The notes under the pieces are model-generated. The model saw only the letters and a program-made list of their open reading frames with translations, had not been told where the DNA came from and did no database searches. 64,000 nt of DNA, taken from contig NC_058132.1 in the NCBI RefSeq assembly GCF_016433145.1, forward strand, positions 582,907,771 to 582,971,770, in the 5' to 3' direction. Numbering within the stretch: position 1 is the stretch's first letter; each line of letters starts with the position of its first letter. The stretch is from Gracilinanus agilis. Its lineage: Eukaryota. Positions 10,456 to 23,380 of this stretch are shown in pieces. The position numbers and the translations under genes were made by a program.

Positions 10456-12005
10456 CTTTTAATAAGGCTTTGAAAAAAATTTTCTTTTCAGAGAAAAAAG
10501 TGCTTTTTCTTAGAGTGGTTTCACATCATCAGTGTCTCCTAGTGCCTGTCAATACCTTCTACGTCTAAGGCACAGAGTTTTGTGTATGTGGCAGGGGAGT
10601 TGTGGGGTAGATTGGTTAGAGGGTAAAATGGGATTGTGATTCTGTGATACAGTATTGCTATTGGACTCCCAAAGCCCAATTCTGAAATAAAATCATGTGA
10701 GGTTGTTTTGACTGGTGGAGCATTAAGACAGAGTGAGTCAGAGCTTTACCCATTTAAGTTGGCCAAATTCTTTCCATGAAATTTTTAACTTGTGTAGTTT
10801 TTCTGATTTATCTTGTGGATTAAGTATGTTACTCTAAATTTAGTATGTATTACCTTCTTTTGAAAAGCCGAGATAGGGAAATTATGTGGAAAATGATTCC
10901 ACCATTTTGCCACTATAAAACAAAACTCCAAATAGTTTTGGGAAATACCTTTCACTTGGAAGGTTTCTCTGCATCAGTGACAACACCTAGTTTATTTACA
11001 TTCACTAAGTCCAATCTTAAGCTTGTGCTTTAGGAATTTGGTTACTTTAAATAAAAAAACCCTCTCAGGACAAGTACTGAATATATTGGCTCTCAAAAAG
11101 TCTAGAATCTGTATTTTGCCTCAATAGAAGTTAATTTCAATTACAGGACTCAAGGCAGAAATGCTGCAGTACTAGGAGAGATAAATCACAAGATTCTGTA
11201 TTTATATTTAGTGCTGCTATAAAAACATTAAAATGTCTCTATCCTAATCCTAATAAATGTAGAAGATGTAGAGTCACTGAGTTACATTTTCACATATCTG
11301 ACTTTTAGGTAGGATTGCAGTGAAAAGGAAGGGGAAAATATCTTTCCATTATCAGAATAATTAGTTCCATAAATTTCTTTATGTCTTCTGTGAAGAACTA
11401 GGGTAATTATACTGTGAAATTTCACTTTCTGGATGGGACATATTAATTTATAAGCATGTATAATGCTTGCTTCAGAACTCTCCCCTTTGTGTACATGTAC
11501 TTTATTATATATAAAAAGTATATAATATACCCCTCCAAATTCTGTGCATAATGTATGCCGCATGCATTTTTTAAAATTAGAAAATTTATTTCAACCATTT
11601 TATTGGATTAAAACTTTCATTAAATTTGTGCTATATGGCTTAAAAGAAGTGTTTTATTTGTACTCAACAAGTGAGAGCACAGTTCCAGAAAAACATCAAG
11701 TTCATTTACAAAAAAAATAAGTGTAGGTAGTGACAACATAATTACGACTAAACATCATGAAGAATGTAGGAGTTTATGTTTTATTAAATTTCATCTAATG
11801 GGAAATATTCTATTGTAATTACGAGCACAACTCTATCTACTATCTTGTAATTCAATGTGCTATGGCACTTTTATTGATGGTTAACATTACAAATGCCTCC
11901 CCTATCTGGAATTACTAAAGATTTTTTTTTCTTGGCTTTTATATAAGAAAATAAAGTTTTTATAGAAATTGAGTTGAAGGAAGCATTTACACACTATTGT
12001 AGTAG

Positions 12006-12019
12006 GATGATGATGATGG

Positions 12020-12056
<37 letters not shown>

Positions 12057-12074
12057 AATAATAATAATAATAAT
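12006..12074. repeat. Compound (GAT)n(AAT)n microsatellite
   Basis: Direct observation. It explains the poly-His/Tyr ORF at 11902-12126. Confidence 0.97.
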
Positions 12075-12529
12075 TCTCCTCAAAATGAAATCTCTTATCC
12101 ATAAGAAGGGGGATAAGAAATGACAAATAAGAAGAATAATAGACAGGATGAGGTACAATGAAAGATTTTGTGCTATGAATTCATAAGAGTAGAATGGAAT
12201 ATGGACTAGGTTGATACCCTTTTTGAATACAATGGAACTTCTGCTAAGAACTTAAGAGTAGATGAGGCAGTGTTATTGGGTCATGGGCTGCCCATACTCA
12301 AAACCACTTTGATTGCCATTTTGATAGAGCATTATTTTTTTCTATCATGTTCCAATAACATCAGAAATGCCAGTAACATGTTTATTGGAAATGGTTAGGA
12401 GAAGTTGGTGTTAAATGAAAATGAGTAAATAGTTAATATGCACGGAGTGGACTAAAAAAGTGAATACTTTTTCTTCTAAACCTGTACACAAGAATAAAGT
12501 TTTAAAAATTATCTTGCCAGTTTTATATA

Positions 12530-12660
12530 AATAGAATAATTCATATAATAAATTATATAAAAATAATAAAAATATAAAATTAAAATAAATATAAAATAAT
12601 ACAAATTAAAATAAATATAATATAATACAATATAATAAATAAAACATAAAAATAATATGC
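12530..12660. repeat. AT-rich low-complexity tract
   Basis: Almost only A/T (ataaaattaaaataaatataa motifs). Confidence 0.85.
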
Positions 12661-12689
12661 TTCCTTCCTGTTCTAGCTAAAATCTCTGC

Positions 12690-12900
12690 TTCTATAGAAA
12701 AACTTTCCCAATCACTTTTTTAAATTCCCTGTTTATCTGGTAAATAGCTTGTTTGACTATAATTATTTGCATGTTGTCTCCTGGATTAGATTGTGAGCTC
12801 TTTGGATAGTAGAGAGTGTCCTTTGCCTTTCTTTGTATCTCCTAGTACTTTGCACAGTTCCTTACATGTAATGAGTATTCAATAAATATTTACTGACTAA
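12690..12900 (+). mobile_element. L2 3' end
   Basis: gcatgttgtctcctggattagattgtgagctctttg...ctttgtatctcctagtactttgcacagt...tattcaataaatatttactgactaat. Confidence 0.8.
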
Positions 12901-13169
12901 TCAGACAAAAACAGAATAAAAACAAAAATGGAATTTTTAAAAAGGCAGTAGCTCTTAAACTATTGTGAATGAATACATTTTCCTAAGGCATTTGACAGAA
13001 AAGTAAAAGAAAACTTTTCAGAACTAATACACAGTAATTGATATAAATACAAAAGTAAGAAGAATTGGGACACAATTGGGGTTATCAGAGCATAGACTTA
13101 AAAGAAGACACTGAAGATCATCAAGGAAGAGAGCTTGAGAGAACTAATGAGGATCTCTAGAATGGACAC

Positions 13170-13280
13170 TGAGCAGCTAGGTGGCAGAGTGGATAAAATG
13201 CAAAGCCTAAAGTCAGTAAGAAAAATTTCCTGAGTTCAAATCTATCTTCAAGATACTAACTGTGTGAGCCTAGTATATCT
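13170..13280 (+). mobile_element. Marsupial CORE-SINE (Mar1-like) 5' fragment
   Basis: gagcagctaggtggcagagtggata (A-box-like) ... cctgagttcaaatct (B-box-like). Confidence 0.65.
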
Positions 13281-14689
13281 GAACAACATAATGCTTATAA
13301 AAAAGCAACAAAAAAGAAACACCTGTAATGCATTGTAGAAATAAAAGCATATAAAATTATAGTTTATCCTAATCAGAACTTGAAAGCAAAGGCTAAACAG
13401 TTAAGATAACATAAAGAATCAAAATAGAATAAAGAACAAAATAAATAACTCAATATCAGTTTAGAAAAAAAAAAAGATTTGAGTTAAGAAAATTAGAGCC
13501 AGAGTAAGTAGAAAATGTATTACTTTTATGGTGAAGAGAAGTCCACCACAATCTGTGAATAATTTTGATCAAAGAGATTAATATAATGATCCATGGATAA
13601 ATCAGGAAAGTCATTAAAGCTCAAGTCCTGAGCAAAATCACAAATGGAAAAGGCATGATAAGATCAATAAATACTGGATCAACTGCACAATAGAAGATCT
13701 GTGCATAAATCCTGCTTCAGACACTGTTAGCTTCATGACACTTTATAAATATTTGACAGTAAAACCTGGATTATTGGTAAATCATTTTACCAAATCCTAT
13801 GATATACAAGCTTGACTGAACCTTTCTTGACAACATACAACATATATCTATTATCAAAAGATGAAAATCCCAGTGATCACTTCAAATATAGGGCAATTAT
13901 GCAATTTTATAGAAAAGATTCAAACTTAAAATAATTTAAAGTGATATTAAGTATAAGAAAAAAAATTGCCAAAACATGAAGGTATGAGAGTCAATAGATT
14001 TAGAGTAAGTAATATTTAGTTTGCTGGATAAAAGAACTGTTAAATGCCCTCATCAGACCCCACTAATCTCAAGATTTGAGCAGATCTGGTGATATTAATT
14101 ACTCTAATCATATTGTTCCTCCCAATCACTCCTCCCAGTTGCCACTTACTCACATGTAAAGACTTTAACATCATGGAATGTTAGTCAACATCTCCATTGC
14201 TGCCCACTCTCATAACTCTTCTCTGGTGAAATTTATTGAAATCCAGTCCTTCCTGCTTAGAGTAAGGTCTCAATCATCGCTATATGTTATGCAGTGACCA
14301 GGAATTGCAGTTACTTTTTCCCTGATTAAAGTTGATTATTGCTACTTTGTCAATCCTCTTTATTTTCAAGTTGAGTATCACAATATTTATACTGTTTTTG
14401 TTAATTATTGCCAGATCTTGGCCTGGGTTCTACCTTCATGTAAGATTTAAAATGTATAAAATATAATCAAGAAGAGTGAAAATACTAGATTTATAAACTC
14501 TTCTCATTGAGGTTCATTCTCAGTTTAAAACTGCCAGCAAAACAATAAAATCAAAGATCATTGATTTAAAATGTTTACTTCCCCAGAGGACTGTTTAAAC
14601 CCAATATGATTCTTCTTAGACTTAAAGCCCTATGTGGAGCTTCCAAATTAAAGAAGGGGGTGAATCAGCATATCTTGGTAGTTTCTTTT

Positions 14690-17600
14690 AAAACTAATTT
14701 TTTTCACAATTACACGCAGATACAATTTTTAATATTTTTTCTGACATTATGCATTTCATGTTCTTTCCCTACTTCTAACCTCCACCTCCTACCCAGATAA
14801 TAGGATAAAGGTCATGCATATTTTATCATAAAATACATATTTTCATATTGGTCATGTTGTGAAATAAGATATATATATGAATAATATTAGAAAAAAATCA
14901 TGGAGGAAATAAAGTGAGAAATGGTACATTTGAATCTCATTCTAACTGCATCAGTTACTTCTGGGGCCCTGAATATCCTTTTTCATTATTAGTCCTTTAG
15001 AGTTACCCTGAATCCTTTTCTTATTGATAATAGCTAAATGTACAACATTTTCCTGGTTCTGCTTAGTTCACATTGCATCACTTTATATACATCTTCTTAG
15101 GGGTTTTGGTTTGTTTGTTTGTTTGTTTTATGATCACCTTGTTTGACATTTCTGAAGGAACAATATTGTTCAATTACATTCATATGCTATGACTTATTCA
15201 ACCATTCCTCAATTGATGGAAATCTCTTCAGTCTTCAGTTCTATGGAAACAAAAATAATTTCCATAAACATATTTATAGTGAGCTTCATTTTCCCTATCT
15301 TTAATCTCTTTGGGATACGGATTTAGTTGTGGTATTAATGGGTCAAGGGGCATGCACAGTATGACAACTTTTAGGCAGGGTTCCACATTATTCTCCAGAA
15401 TGGTTGAATCTATTCACAATTCCAACAAGAGTGTATCAGTGTCCTAATTGTTCCACATTCCCTACAACATTTACAATTTCCCTTTTTTTGTTATCTTAGC
15501 TATACTGTATTATATTGTATTGTGCCAATCTAGGGTGGTATCCCAGAATTGTTTTAATTTGCATTTTTCTAATTAATAGTGATTTGGAGCATTTTTTTCA
15601 TATGACTAAAGATAGTTGTATTTTCTTTAACTGAGAATTGACTGTTCATATTATTTGATCATTTGTCAATTGAGAAATACTTTGTATTCTTATAAATTTA
15701 ATTCATTGTGCTGATTTTGTGTAAAATCCTTTTAATTTAAAATAGTCAAAATTATCTATTTTACATCTCATAATGTTCTCTATGTTTTGTTTTGACTTAA
15801 ATTTTTCTTCTTATCCATAGGTCTGACAGGGAAGCTGTTTTATTTGGCTCTAATTTTTTATGGTATCAGCTTTTTATATCTAAATTACGGATCCATTTTG
15901 ACTTTACCTTGGTATGTGGTATGCAGTTTTGGTCTATTCCTTATTTCCTCTTTGTTGTTTTTCAATTTTCCCAGCAGTTTTCATCAAATAGTGAATTCTT
16001 CTACCCAAAACCTTGACCTTTCTATTTGTCAAACACACCTAGTGTTTTACCATGGTCATTTTCCATTGCATATTGAGTGCCTAATCTATTCCATTAGTCT
16101 ACCACTCTATTTATAAACAAGTAAGAAAAATTTTATAAACAAAACAAAGTTTGTTTTGATGATTGCTGCTTTACAATATAGTCTGAGACACAGCTAACCC
16201 ACCATCCTTTATATTTTTTCATTAATTCTATGTCTTTTTTTTCAGATAAATTTTATTATTTACTTCTAACTCAATAAATTGGTTTTTTTTTGTAATTTAA
16301 TTGGCATAATACTAAATAAGTAAATTAATTTAGGTAGAACTGTCATTTTTATTATATTGCCTCAGGGCCAATCATAAGCAATTATTTTTTCCATTTATTT
16401 AGATCTGACTTATTTGTGTGATAAGTATTTTGTAGTTGTGATCTTGAGTTTGTGTTGTCAGGCAGATTCCCAGCTATTTTATTTTGCCTATAGTTATTTT
16501 AAATATAATTTATCCCTCTATCTCTTGCTGCTGTGCTTTATTATTAGTAAAACAAAAATGCTAATAATTTATGTGTGTTATATCTTGCAACTTTGCTAAA
16601 GTTGTTAATTGTTTTAATTAGATTTGGGGTAGGTTCCCTAGGGTTATTTTTAGATATACCATCATATCATCTGCAAAGAGTAATAATTTTATTTCCTCTT
16701 TGCCTTTTCTAATTCTTTCAATTTCTTCTCTTATTGTTATAACTACCATTTCAAATACAACATTTTTGTTGTATTTGATATACACATATCAAATATCAAT
16801 ATACAATATCAATATACAATATATTGATGTTAATGGACATCTTAGTTTCACTCATAATCTTTTTGAAAAGACTTCTAGCTCTCCATTACAGATAAAGCTT
16901 CTTGTTAGTTTTAGATAGATTTTTTTTTTTATCATTTTGAGGAACATTCTTTTCATTCTAATATTCTCTACTGTTTTTAATTAGAATGGATGTTGGATTT
17001 TGTCAAAACTTTTTTTCTGCATCTATAATCATATGGTTTCTGTTGATCTTGTTACTAATGTGGTCAGTAATGCTTATAGTTTTTCCTAATATTGAACTAC
17101 CCCTGAATTCCCAATTTAAAATCCATATAGTCACAGTTTTATGATCCTGTGATATATTGCCATAATATTTTTCTAGTTTTTTGTGTAAGATTTTTGTATC
17201 AATATTAATTAAGACTATTGGTCTATTTCCTTTGTTTTTTTGTTTTCCTTCCTGCCTTAGTTATCAATACCATATTTGTATTATAAAAGTAATTTGGTAA
17301 AGTTCCTTGCTCATGGTTTTTTATTTTTATTTTAAGTACTTATTTTAAGTATATAGTTTAAGTATTTTAAAGTATTTATTTTAACTATAAGATTCTATTG
17401 GAACAATTGGAATTGTTCTCTAAACATTTGGTAGAATTTGCTTGTGAATCCATCAGCTTTGAGATTTTTTGTAGAGTATTTATTCATAGATTGTTTAATT
17501 TCTTTTTCTCAGATGGGTTTTTAAGTATTCTATTTCCTCTTCTGTTAATCTGAGAGATTTATATTTTAAGTACTTATGTTTCTCTTAGATTATAAAATTT

Positions 17601-18950
17601 ATTGGCACATAATTGGGCATAATAAATGCTAATAATTGCTTTAATTTCCTCTTTATTGATTGTAGTTTTCTTTTTTCTTTTTTTTGACCAAATTTATCAA
17701 TGGTTCATTTTTTTTAGATGACCAACCCTTTGTCTTCTTTATTCAATGATTTTCTGACTTTCAGTCTCCTCTTTGATTTTCAAGATTTCTATTTACATGC
17801 TTAATTAGGGCTTTTACTTTATTCTTTTTCTAGTTTGTTATTTTAAATCTGCATTCCCAGGTCACTGATCTGCTCTTTCTCTATTTTATTTATTAATACA
17901 TTTAGACATATACATTTTCTCCTAGGTACTGCTTTGACTGCTTCACCAAAATCTTGGTATGCTATTTCTCTTATTTGTTCTCTATCTACTCATTTTTCAA
18001 GGTAAGGCTATTAAATATCTTTTAGTGACTTTTTTCAGCCCTTTATTAAGTGTATTTTTATAGTGTTGTGATCTGAAAAGCATACATTTAGTATCTTTGC
18101 TTTTCTGCCTCTGGGTGTAAGGTTTTTGTATCTTGTTATATAACCAAATTTTCTGAAGCTGCCATTTACTGCTAAGAAAAAAAGAAAAGGTATACTCCTT
18201 TCTATTACAATTCCATTTTTGCCAGAGATTTATCATGCATAATTTTTCTAAAATTCTATTCACCTCCTTAATTTCTTTCCTATTTCTTTTTCTTTTTGTT
18301 TGATATTTCTAATTCTAAGAAGAGAAGGTTAATGTCTCCTGTTAATATAGTTTTACTGTCTATTTTCTTTTGTAACTCTTGTAATTTCTCCTTTAGGAAT
18401 TTGGATGCAATACCACTTTGTTAGATACATATTTAATATTGGTATTGCTTCGTCATCTCTAAATCCTTTTAATCAATATGTAATTTCCTTCCATATCATT
18501 TTAACTAGATCAGTTTTCACTTTTGCTTTGTTTGAGATCATAATTGTTACCTGCACTTTTCTAAATTTTAGCCAAAGGATAGTAGATTTTACTCCAGTCT
18601 TTTCCCTTTACCCTATGAATGTCTTCCTACTTTAAATGAGTTTTTTATAAAGATCATGTTATGAGATTTTGGCTTTTATTTCACTCTACTATCCACTTCC
18701 ATTTTATAGGTGATTTATCTTAATATTCAGAGTTATGTTCACTAACTCTCTTTCCCTCCAACTAATTTTCCCTCTTATTTTCCCTTCTGTTTCTCTCCTT
18801 TCATCCTTTCTCTCTTCACAAATGTTGTTGCTTCTGTTTACCCACCTCCCTGAATTATCCTTCCCTTTTGTCTCTTTCCCTCTTTTTTGCCCACCCCCTT
18901 TCCTTCTTACTTCCCTATTGGCTTTTTCAATTCAAATAATCATTTAGACT
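14690..18950 (-). mobile_element. Old, degraded 5'-truncated L1 (3' UTR plus much of ORF2)
   Basis: Continuous antisense ORF2-like sequence, including the RT FADDM motif (tataccatcatatcatctgcaaagag at 16655-16680). Many stops and indels. Confidence 0.85.
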
Positions 18951-19504
18951 CTACATGTAAAATTACTCATGTATGATGAGGAATCAGAGAATGAAAGTTT
19001 TGAATTTGAAACAAAAGTTATATTGAACTAATAGATGAAACTGATAATATCTACTAGTATCTTATTTTCCTCCAGGAAAATTGAACTGACTATAACTATA
19101 TGTAATAAGAACATAACTCAATATATTAAAAGACTTACTGGCAAGATTAAATTAAGGTTTAATGAGAAGATCACATTTAAATAAAGTAATACCTCTACTA
19201 TACTAGCATTATCCTTCAGTTTGCTAATAGTAAAATATAAAGCTAAAAATTTGGAAAGGATTCTTAGAAAAAGGTATACAAAAATATAAAGGCTGAACCT
19301 TTTTAAATAGCTATTTAAAAAATTAACATTTCTTAACTATAAAAAAGGAAGAGTTCTGATTGACAGTTTTAGACAATGTGGTAAACAGACTGAAAAACTG
19401 TAGAAATATTTTTAATATAGAGTACATTGTTTTACCACACAATGATGAATAAATACATTATATCATTTTAGTTAAATATAATTGAAATTAGATTAAGTCT
19501 CTTT

Positions 19505-19712
19505 AAAAATTCATTTATTTATTTAAAACCCTTTCCTTCCATCTTATAATCAATTCTGTGTATTGGTTCTAAGGCAGAAGAGAGTAAGGACTAGACTAGA
19601 CAATGGGAGTTAAGTGACTTGCTCAGAGTCACACAGCTAAGAAGTGTCTGAATCAAGGACCTCCTGAGTCTCTAGGTCTAGACTACAATTCATTGAGCCA
19701 CCCAGCTACCCC
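19505..19712 (-). mobile_element. SINE1_Mdo-type SINE (older copy 1 of a tandem pair)
   Basis: aaaccctttccttccatctt...aagtgacttgctcagagtcacacagct...cattgagccacccagctacccc. Confidence 0.88.
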
Positions 19713-19726
19713 AAGATTAACTCTTT

Positions 19727-19930
19727 TATTTTTAAATCCTTACATTCTGTCTTGGAATCAGTACTTTGTATTGATTCCAAGGCAGAAGAATGGTAAGGGC
19801 TAAGCAATGAGGGCTGAGTGACTTGCCCAGAGTCACACAGATAAGAAGTGTCTGAGGCCAAATTTGAACTCAGGACCTCCTGTCTATGGGCCTGACTCTC
19901 AATCCACTGAGTCACCCAGCTACAGCCTCC
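19727..19930 (-). mobile_element. SINE1_Mdo-type SINE (copy 2 of the tandem pair)
   Basis: aaatccttacattctgtctt...gtgacttgcccagagtcacacag...ccactgagtcacccagctac. Flanked by aagattaactcttt on both sides. Confidence 0.88.
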
Positions 19931-20689
19931 AAGATTAACTCTTTATGGAGCTTCTAAATTATGGGCTCTGAATAGAGAACCAATGCCCCTTCAAGGGCAA
20001 TATATCTGTGAATTGAGATAATGATACGTCACCAAAGCTTATCTGTCATCCAAAACTGTTTCTGAAAATGAAATCACAGAAGGGTTATTCTTAAAGATTC
20101 TGGACTTAGTAATAAATGTAAATTAGGCAAGAGAATTTTAGAAATTGTGCACACATTATGATTGAATAAATTTAACATCTATGGAATTTCTAGTTTTATT
20201 CGATCAAATGGCTAAAATTATACATCAAAAATCCTTATATTTCATGTTCTGACATATGTCAACCCTCAGACCTCAAAACATTTTGGAAAATATCTTGGAA
20301 AAAACAAATGATGCTTGAAGTATCACACAAAATCACTGAGGCATGGTTACTCCATTAAAAGTTTAAAATACTTTATTTAATCTGCATCACATCACCAGAT
20401 AGTCATGATCTTCAAATTACACAGAATCAAAAGCTTTTAGAATATAAAGAACTAGTGGCAGAGATCAGTATTTTGTGTGAAGAAGATACCGCTGTCCTAA
20501 CTATTACTGAAGATATACTGAGGAAAATTCCAGTGAGTCTATAGAGTATCTGTTTAATATTCTAATATTTTTATTCATCCCCCAAAACCGATGTCTTTTT
20601 TCCATGTCTATAATACATCTTAGGACATTATGATAGCAGAATAAAAATTTTTCCTATGACTTTTTCTTCCTGAATCACAAAAGGGAGAG

Positions 20690-20800
20690 AGCAGGAAAGG
20701 GCACAGGACTAAGATTCAGGAAAACTTATTCGTAACTCATCCTCCCAATAGCTTTGTGACCCTGGATAAATTATTCTCTCTGTACCTGTATCCTAGTTTT
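20690..20800 (+). mobile_element. MIR-like fragment
   Basis: caggactaagattcaggaaaact...agctttgtgaccctggataaatt. Confidence 0.45.
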
Positions 20801-21726
20801 CTGATAGGACATCCCTAATAAAATCTTGTCTGTGTACAGTCACATTGGCCCTAAAAGAGAATAATGTTTCTCACTAGAGTTTGCATGATTAGAAGTAGAT
20901 GAACTTAGTATCCAGAATTATATATATGCATATGTTTATATATTTTTATGATCATAGGCTAACGTAAGAATTTGTTTTTTTTGCCTATGCATATTTATTA
21001 CAAATATCTTATTTTTCTCCTTTTTCTTTTTTAAGTAAGAATGAGAGAGAAAATGCTTGCTTGTTCATTTAAACACATCACTAAAATTTAAATAAAATAT
21101 AATGCAAACCAATGTTGCTACCATCTCATATTGCCATGTGTCTATATATATGGCAAAAGTCTTATAGAACATCATGAGCTATATATTTTTAAAAGCAAAT
21201 ACATTAAGTTGCAAAATAAATTTGAATTTTGGCAAATGGAGTGATAGGGGAAGAATGCATAATTGCATAGAATATAATTGTTTTTCTAACTTACTAGGAA
21301 TCGGGCACCTTTAGTTCTATACCAAAAGTAGATGATGTAGTGTGTGTTTGAAGAAGAAATAATAGCAATTAATGGCACATATTTCTATAATTTATATTTG
21401 CAGTTCATACTGTCTAACCTTACAAATTGATTAAATACACTAAAATACACTAGAGAAATTAGTAAATTGGAAAGATATTAATATTTATATTAAATTTTGT
21501 CACACTAAACTTAACCTTCATTAATATGACTCTAGCATTGCCCTTGAGGGACTTTTAAACATCTTAACAACCTAACACAAGCATACATATATATTACAAA
21601 CACACACACACATATATTTAATTTTATTCTAAAAAGGGATATGTATTTATAAAAGTATAGTTTGTGTCTCTAAATTTGATTTCTCTTTGGGAATTCAGAA
21701 TACGACTTCTAATTGTCTCTGTAATA

Positions 21727-22870
21727 ATCAGTCCATAAACACTTATTAAATGATTACCATGTGGGTGCTTGGGAATTCTGGGAAAACAGCAGCTTAGATG
21801 GTGCAAATCTTAAAACCTCTGCACCCTTTCCACACCCAGATAGAAAATAATGCACTTTGAGAAGAAAGAGGACCAAATCTAAAACAGGACAGAGCAGGGG
21901 GATCCTACTGCTGCATAGCTCAAGAGATACACCAAGAAAAACTTGAATTGTCAGGTATGAGGGTATAGAAGGGGAATCCCAGGATCCTCCCCCACGCGTT
22001 GTGTGGAGTCTCCAGTGACCCCTGAAATCTCTGGGTGGCTGGGAGCACCAGCCTGGAGAGAAGACCTTGCGGGCACCAGACTCCGTGAATTGAACACAGG
22101 CACCCTGGAGGTGGCTGGAGGAAAAAGTCAGAGAAACACAGCAAAAACTCTCAGAAGATGGTGGCTTAGATGGAGCCAAACCTCAGACTTCCTGGCTTTA
22201 TCACACCAAGATAAAGGGCTTCAAAAGGAAAGAAAACCAAGTCAAACAGTAGGATAGAGCAGGGGGACCCTACTGCTGGACAGCTCAGAGAAAATACTCC
22301 ATCTTTTCCTCCAACTTCTTTTTTTTCTTTTTTTGTTCCTCTTGAGATTTTAGCCTCAGGGCACATTAAGCAATACAGACTAAGCCAATTAATACAGGCT
22401 TAATTTCATCAATTGGAAAGACAAGAAGTCTTCAGAGGGCAGGGAAACTCCAACACTCCTCCTCTATAGACTGCAGAGAAAGTAACTACAAACCTCCATT
22501 GGGGGAAGATGTTTCATCAAAGTTCATTAAATCCATCTGATTAGAGTAGCAGAACAGAGAAGGAAAAATATGAGTAAACAACAGAAAAAGAGAAAAGAAA
22601 TGACAATTGACAGCTTTTCAAAAAGTGAAAAGAGAGCAAATGAAATAGAAGAAAAGGAGGAAGCTCTAGCAAATTGAACACAGGCTTTGAAAGATCTCAA
22701 AATTCAATTAACTCAAGAACTTCAGGAACTCAAAAAGCAATCAAGAGAGGCTGAAGACAATTTGAAAAAAGGAAATACATGAACTAAATGCTTACCATGT
22801 GCCTGGTACAGTATTGTGTCAGCATGAAGATGATACAGAAAGGCAAAAGTTTGGTTCCTGCCTTCAAGGA
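21727..22870 (-). mobile_element. L2 3'-end fragment split by an L1 insertion (host pieces 21727-21763 and 22785-22870)
   Basis: aatcagtccataaacacttattaaatgattaccatgtg continues after the insert as taaatgcttaccatgtgcctggtacag...ttcctgccttcaagga. Confidence 0.7.
21764..22784 (+). mobile_element. L1 5' UTR (two related units) plus the start of ORF1; 3'-truncated, with 17-bp TSD
   Basis: Related units begin near 21772 and 22150, sharing ag(a)cagagcaggggg..cctactgctg..cagctc. ORF1 ATG at 22570 reads MSKQQKKRKEMTIDSF. TSD taaatg(a/c)ttaccatgtg at 21747-21763 and 22785-22801. Confidence 0.85.
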
Positions 22871-23029
22871 TCTTTACATTACATGTCCACTCAAATGATT
22901 AATTGGCATTTAAAACTCAACATGTCTTAAACTTAGTTTGTTCAGCCTCCCTAAACCATTTCTAAGCCAGTTCCTTTTTCATTATTTCTGTTAGAAACCA
23001 GGTTTCAATTTTGACCTCACCAATTCTTA

Positions 23030-23130
23030 CTCATATGACTTTGTGCAAGTTATTTCACCAATTTAAGCCTCCATGTTTCTTATCCGTTGAAGTAAAGGAA
23101 TTAGAATAGATGACCTTGAAGGTTGCTTAA
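23030..23130 (+). mobile_element. MIR3-like fragment
   Basis: atgactttgtgcaagttattt...gaattagaatagatgaccttgaaggt. Confidence 0.55.
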
Positions 23131-23244
23131 AATTTATTTTTTTTTAATCTTAGGACTCTTTACTTCTCTCACCCACTCATAAAATAATCAGTTACCAAAT
23201 GATAATATGTTGAAATATTGAGTACAAAGGAACTCTGTAGATGA

Positions 23245-23380
23245 TCTCTTCTCAGTCCCTTATTTTTACATCTGAAGAAATAAAACCCATGGAGGCAAAG
23301 TGATCATTACATAGGGAGCTGCATGAGATCCAAAATGCCTTTACATTATTAATCCAGTGTTCCTGTCACCACACTATAGC
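23245..23380 (-). mobile_element. MIR-like fragment
   Basis: agatgatctcttctcagtcccttatttttacatctgaagaaataaaacccatggaggcaaagtga. Confidence 0.55.

Noticed and set aside
11902-12126. ORF with a poly-Tyr/poly-His run
   Set aside because: It is just the translation of the (GAT)n(AAT)n microsatellite.
21754-22257. Overlapping 74-141 aa ORFs in a GC-richer patch
   Set aside because: They lie inside the L1 5' UTR, where higher GC reduces stop frequency. I see no evidence that any is an ORF0-like product.
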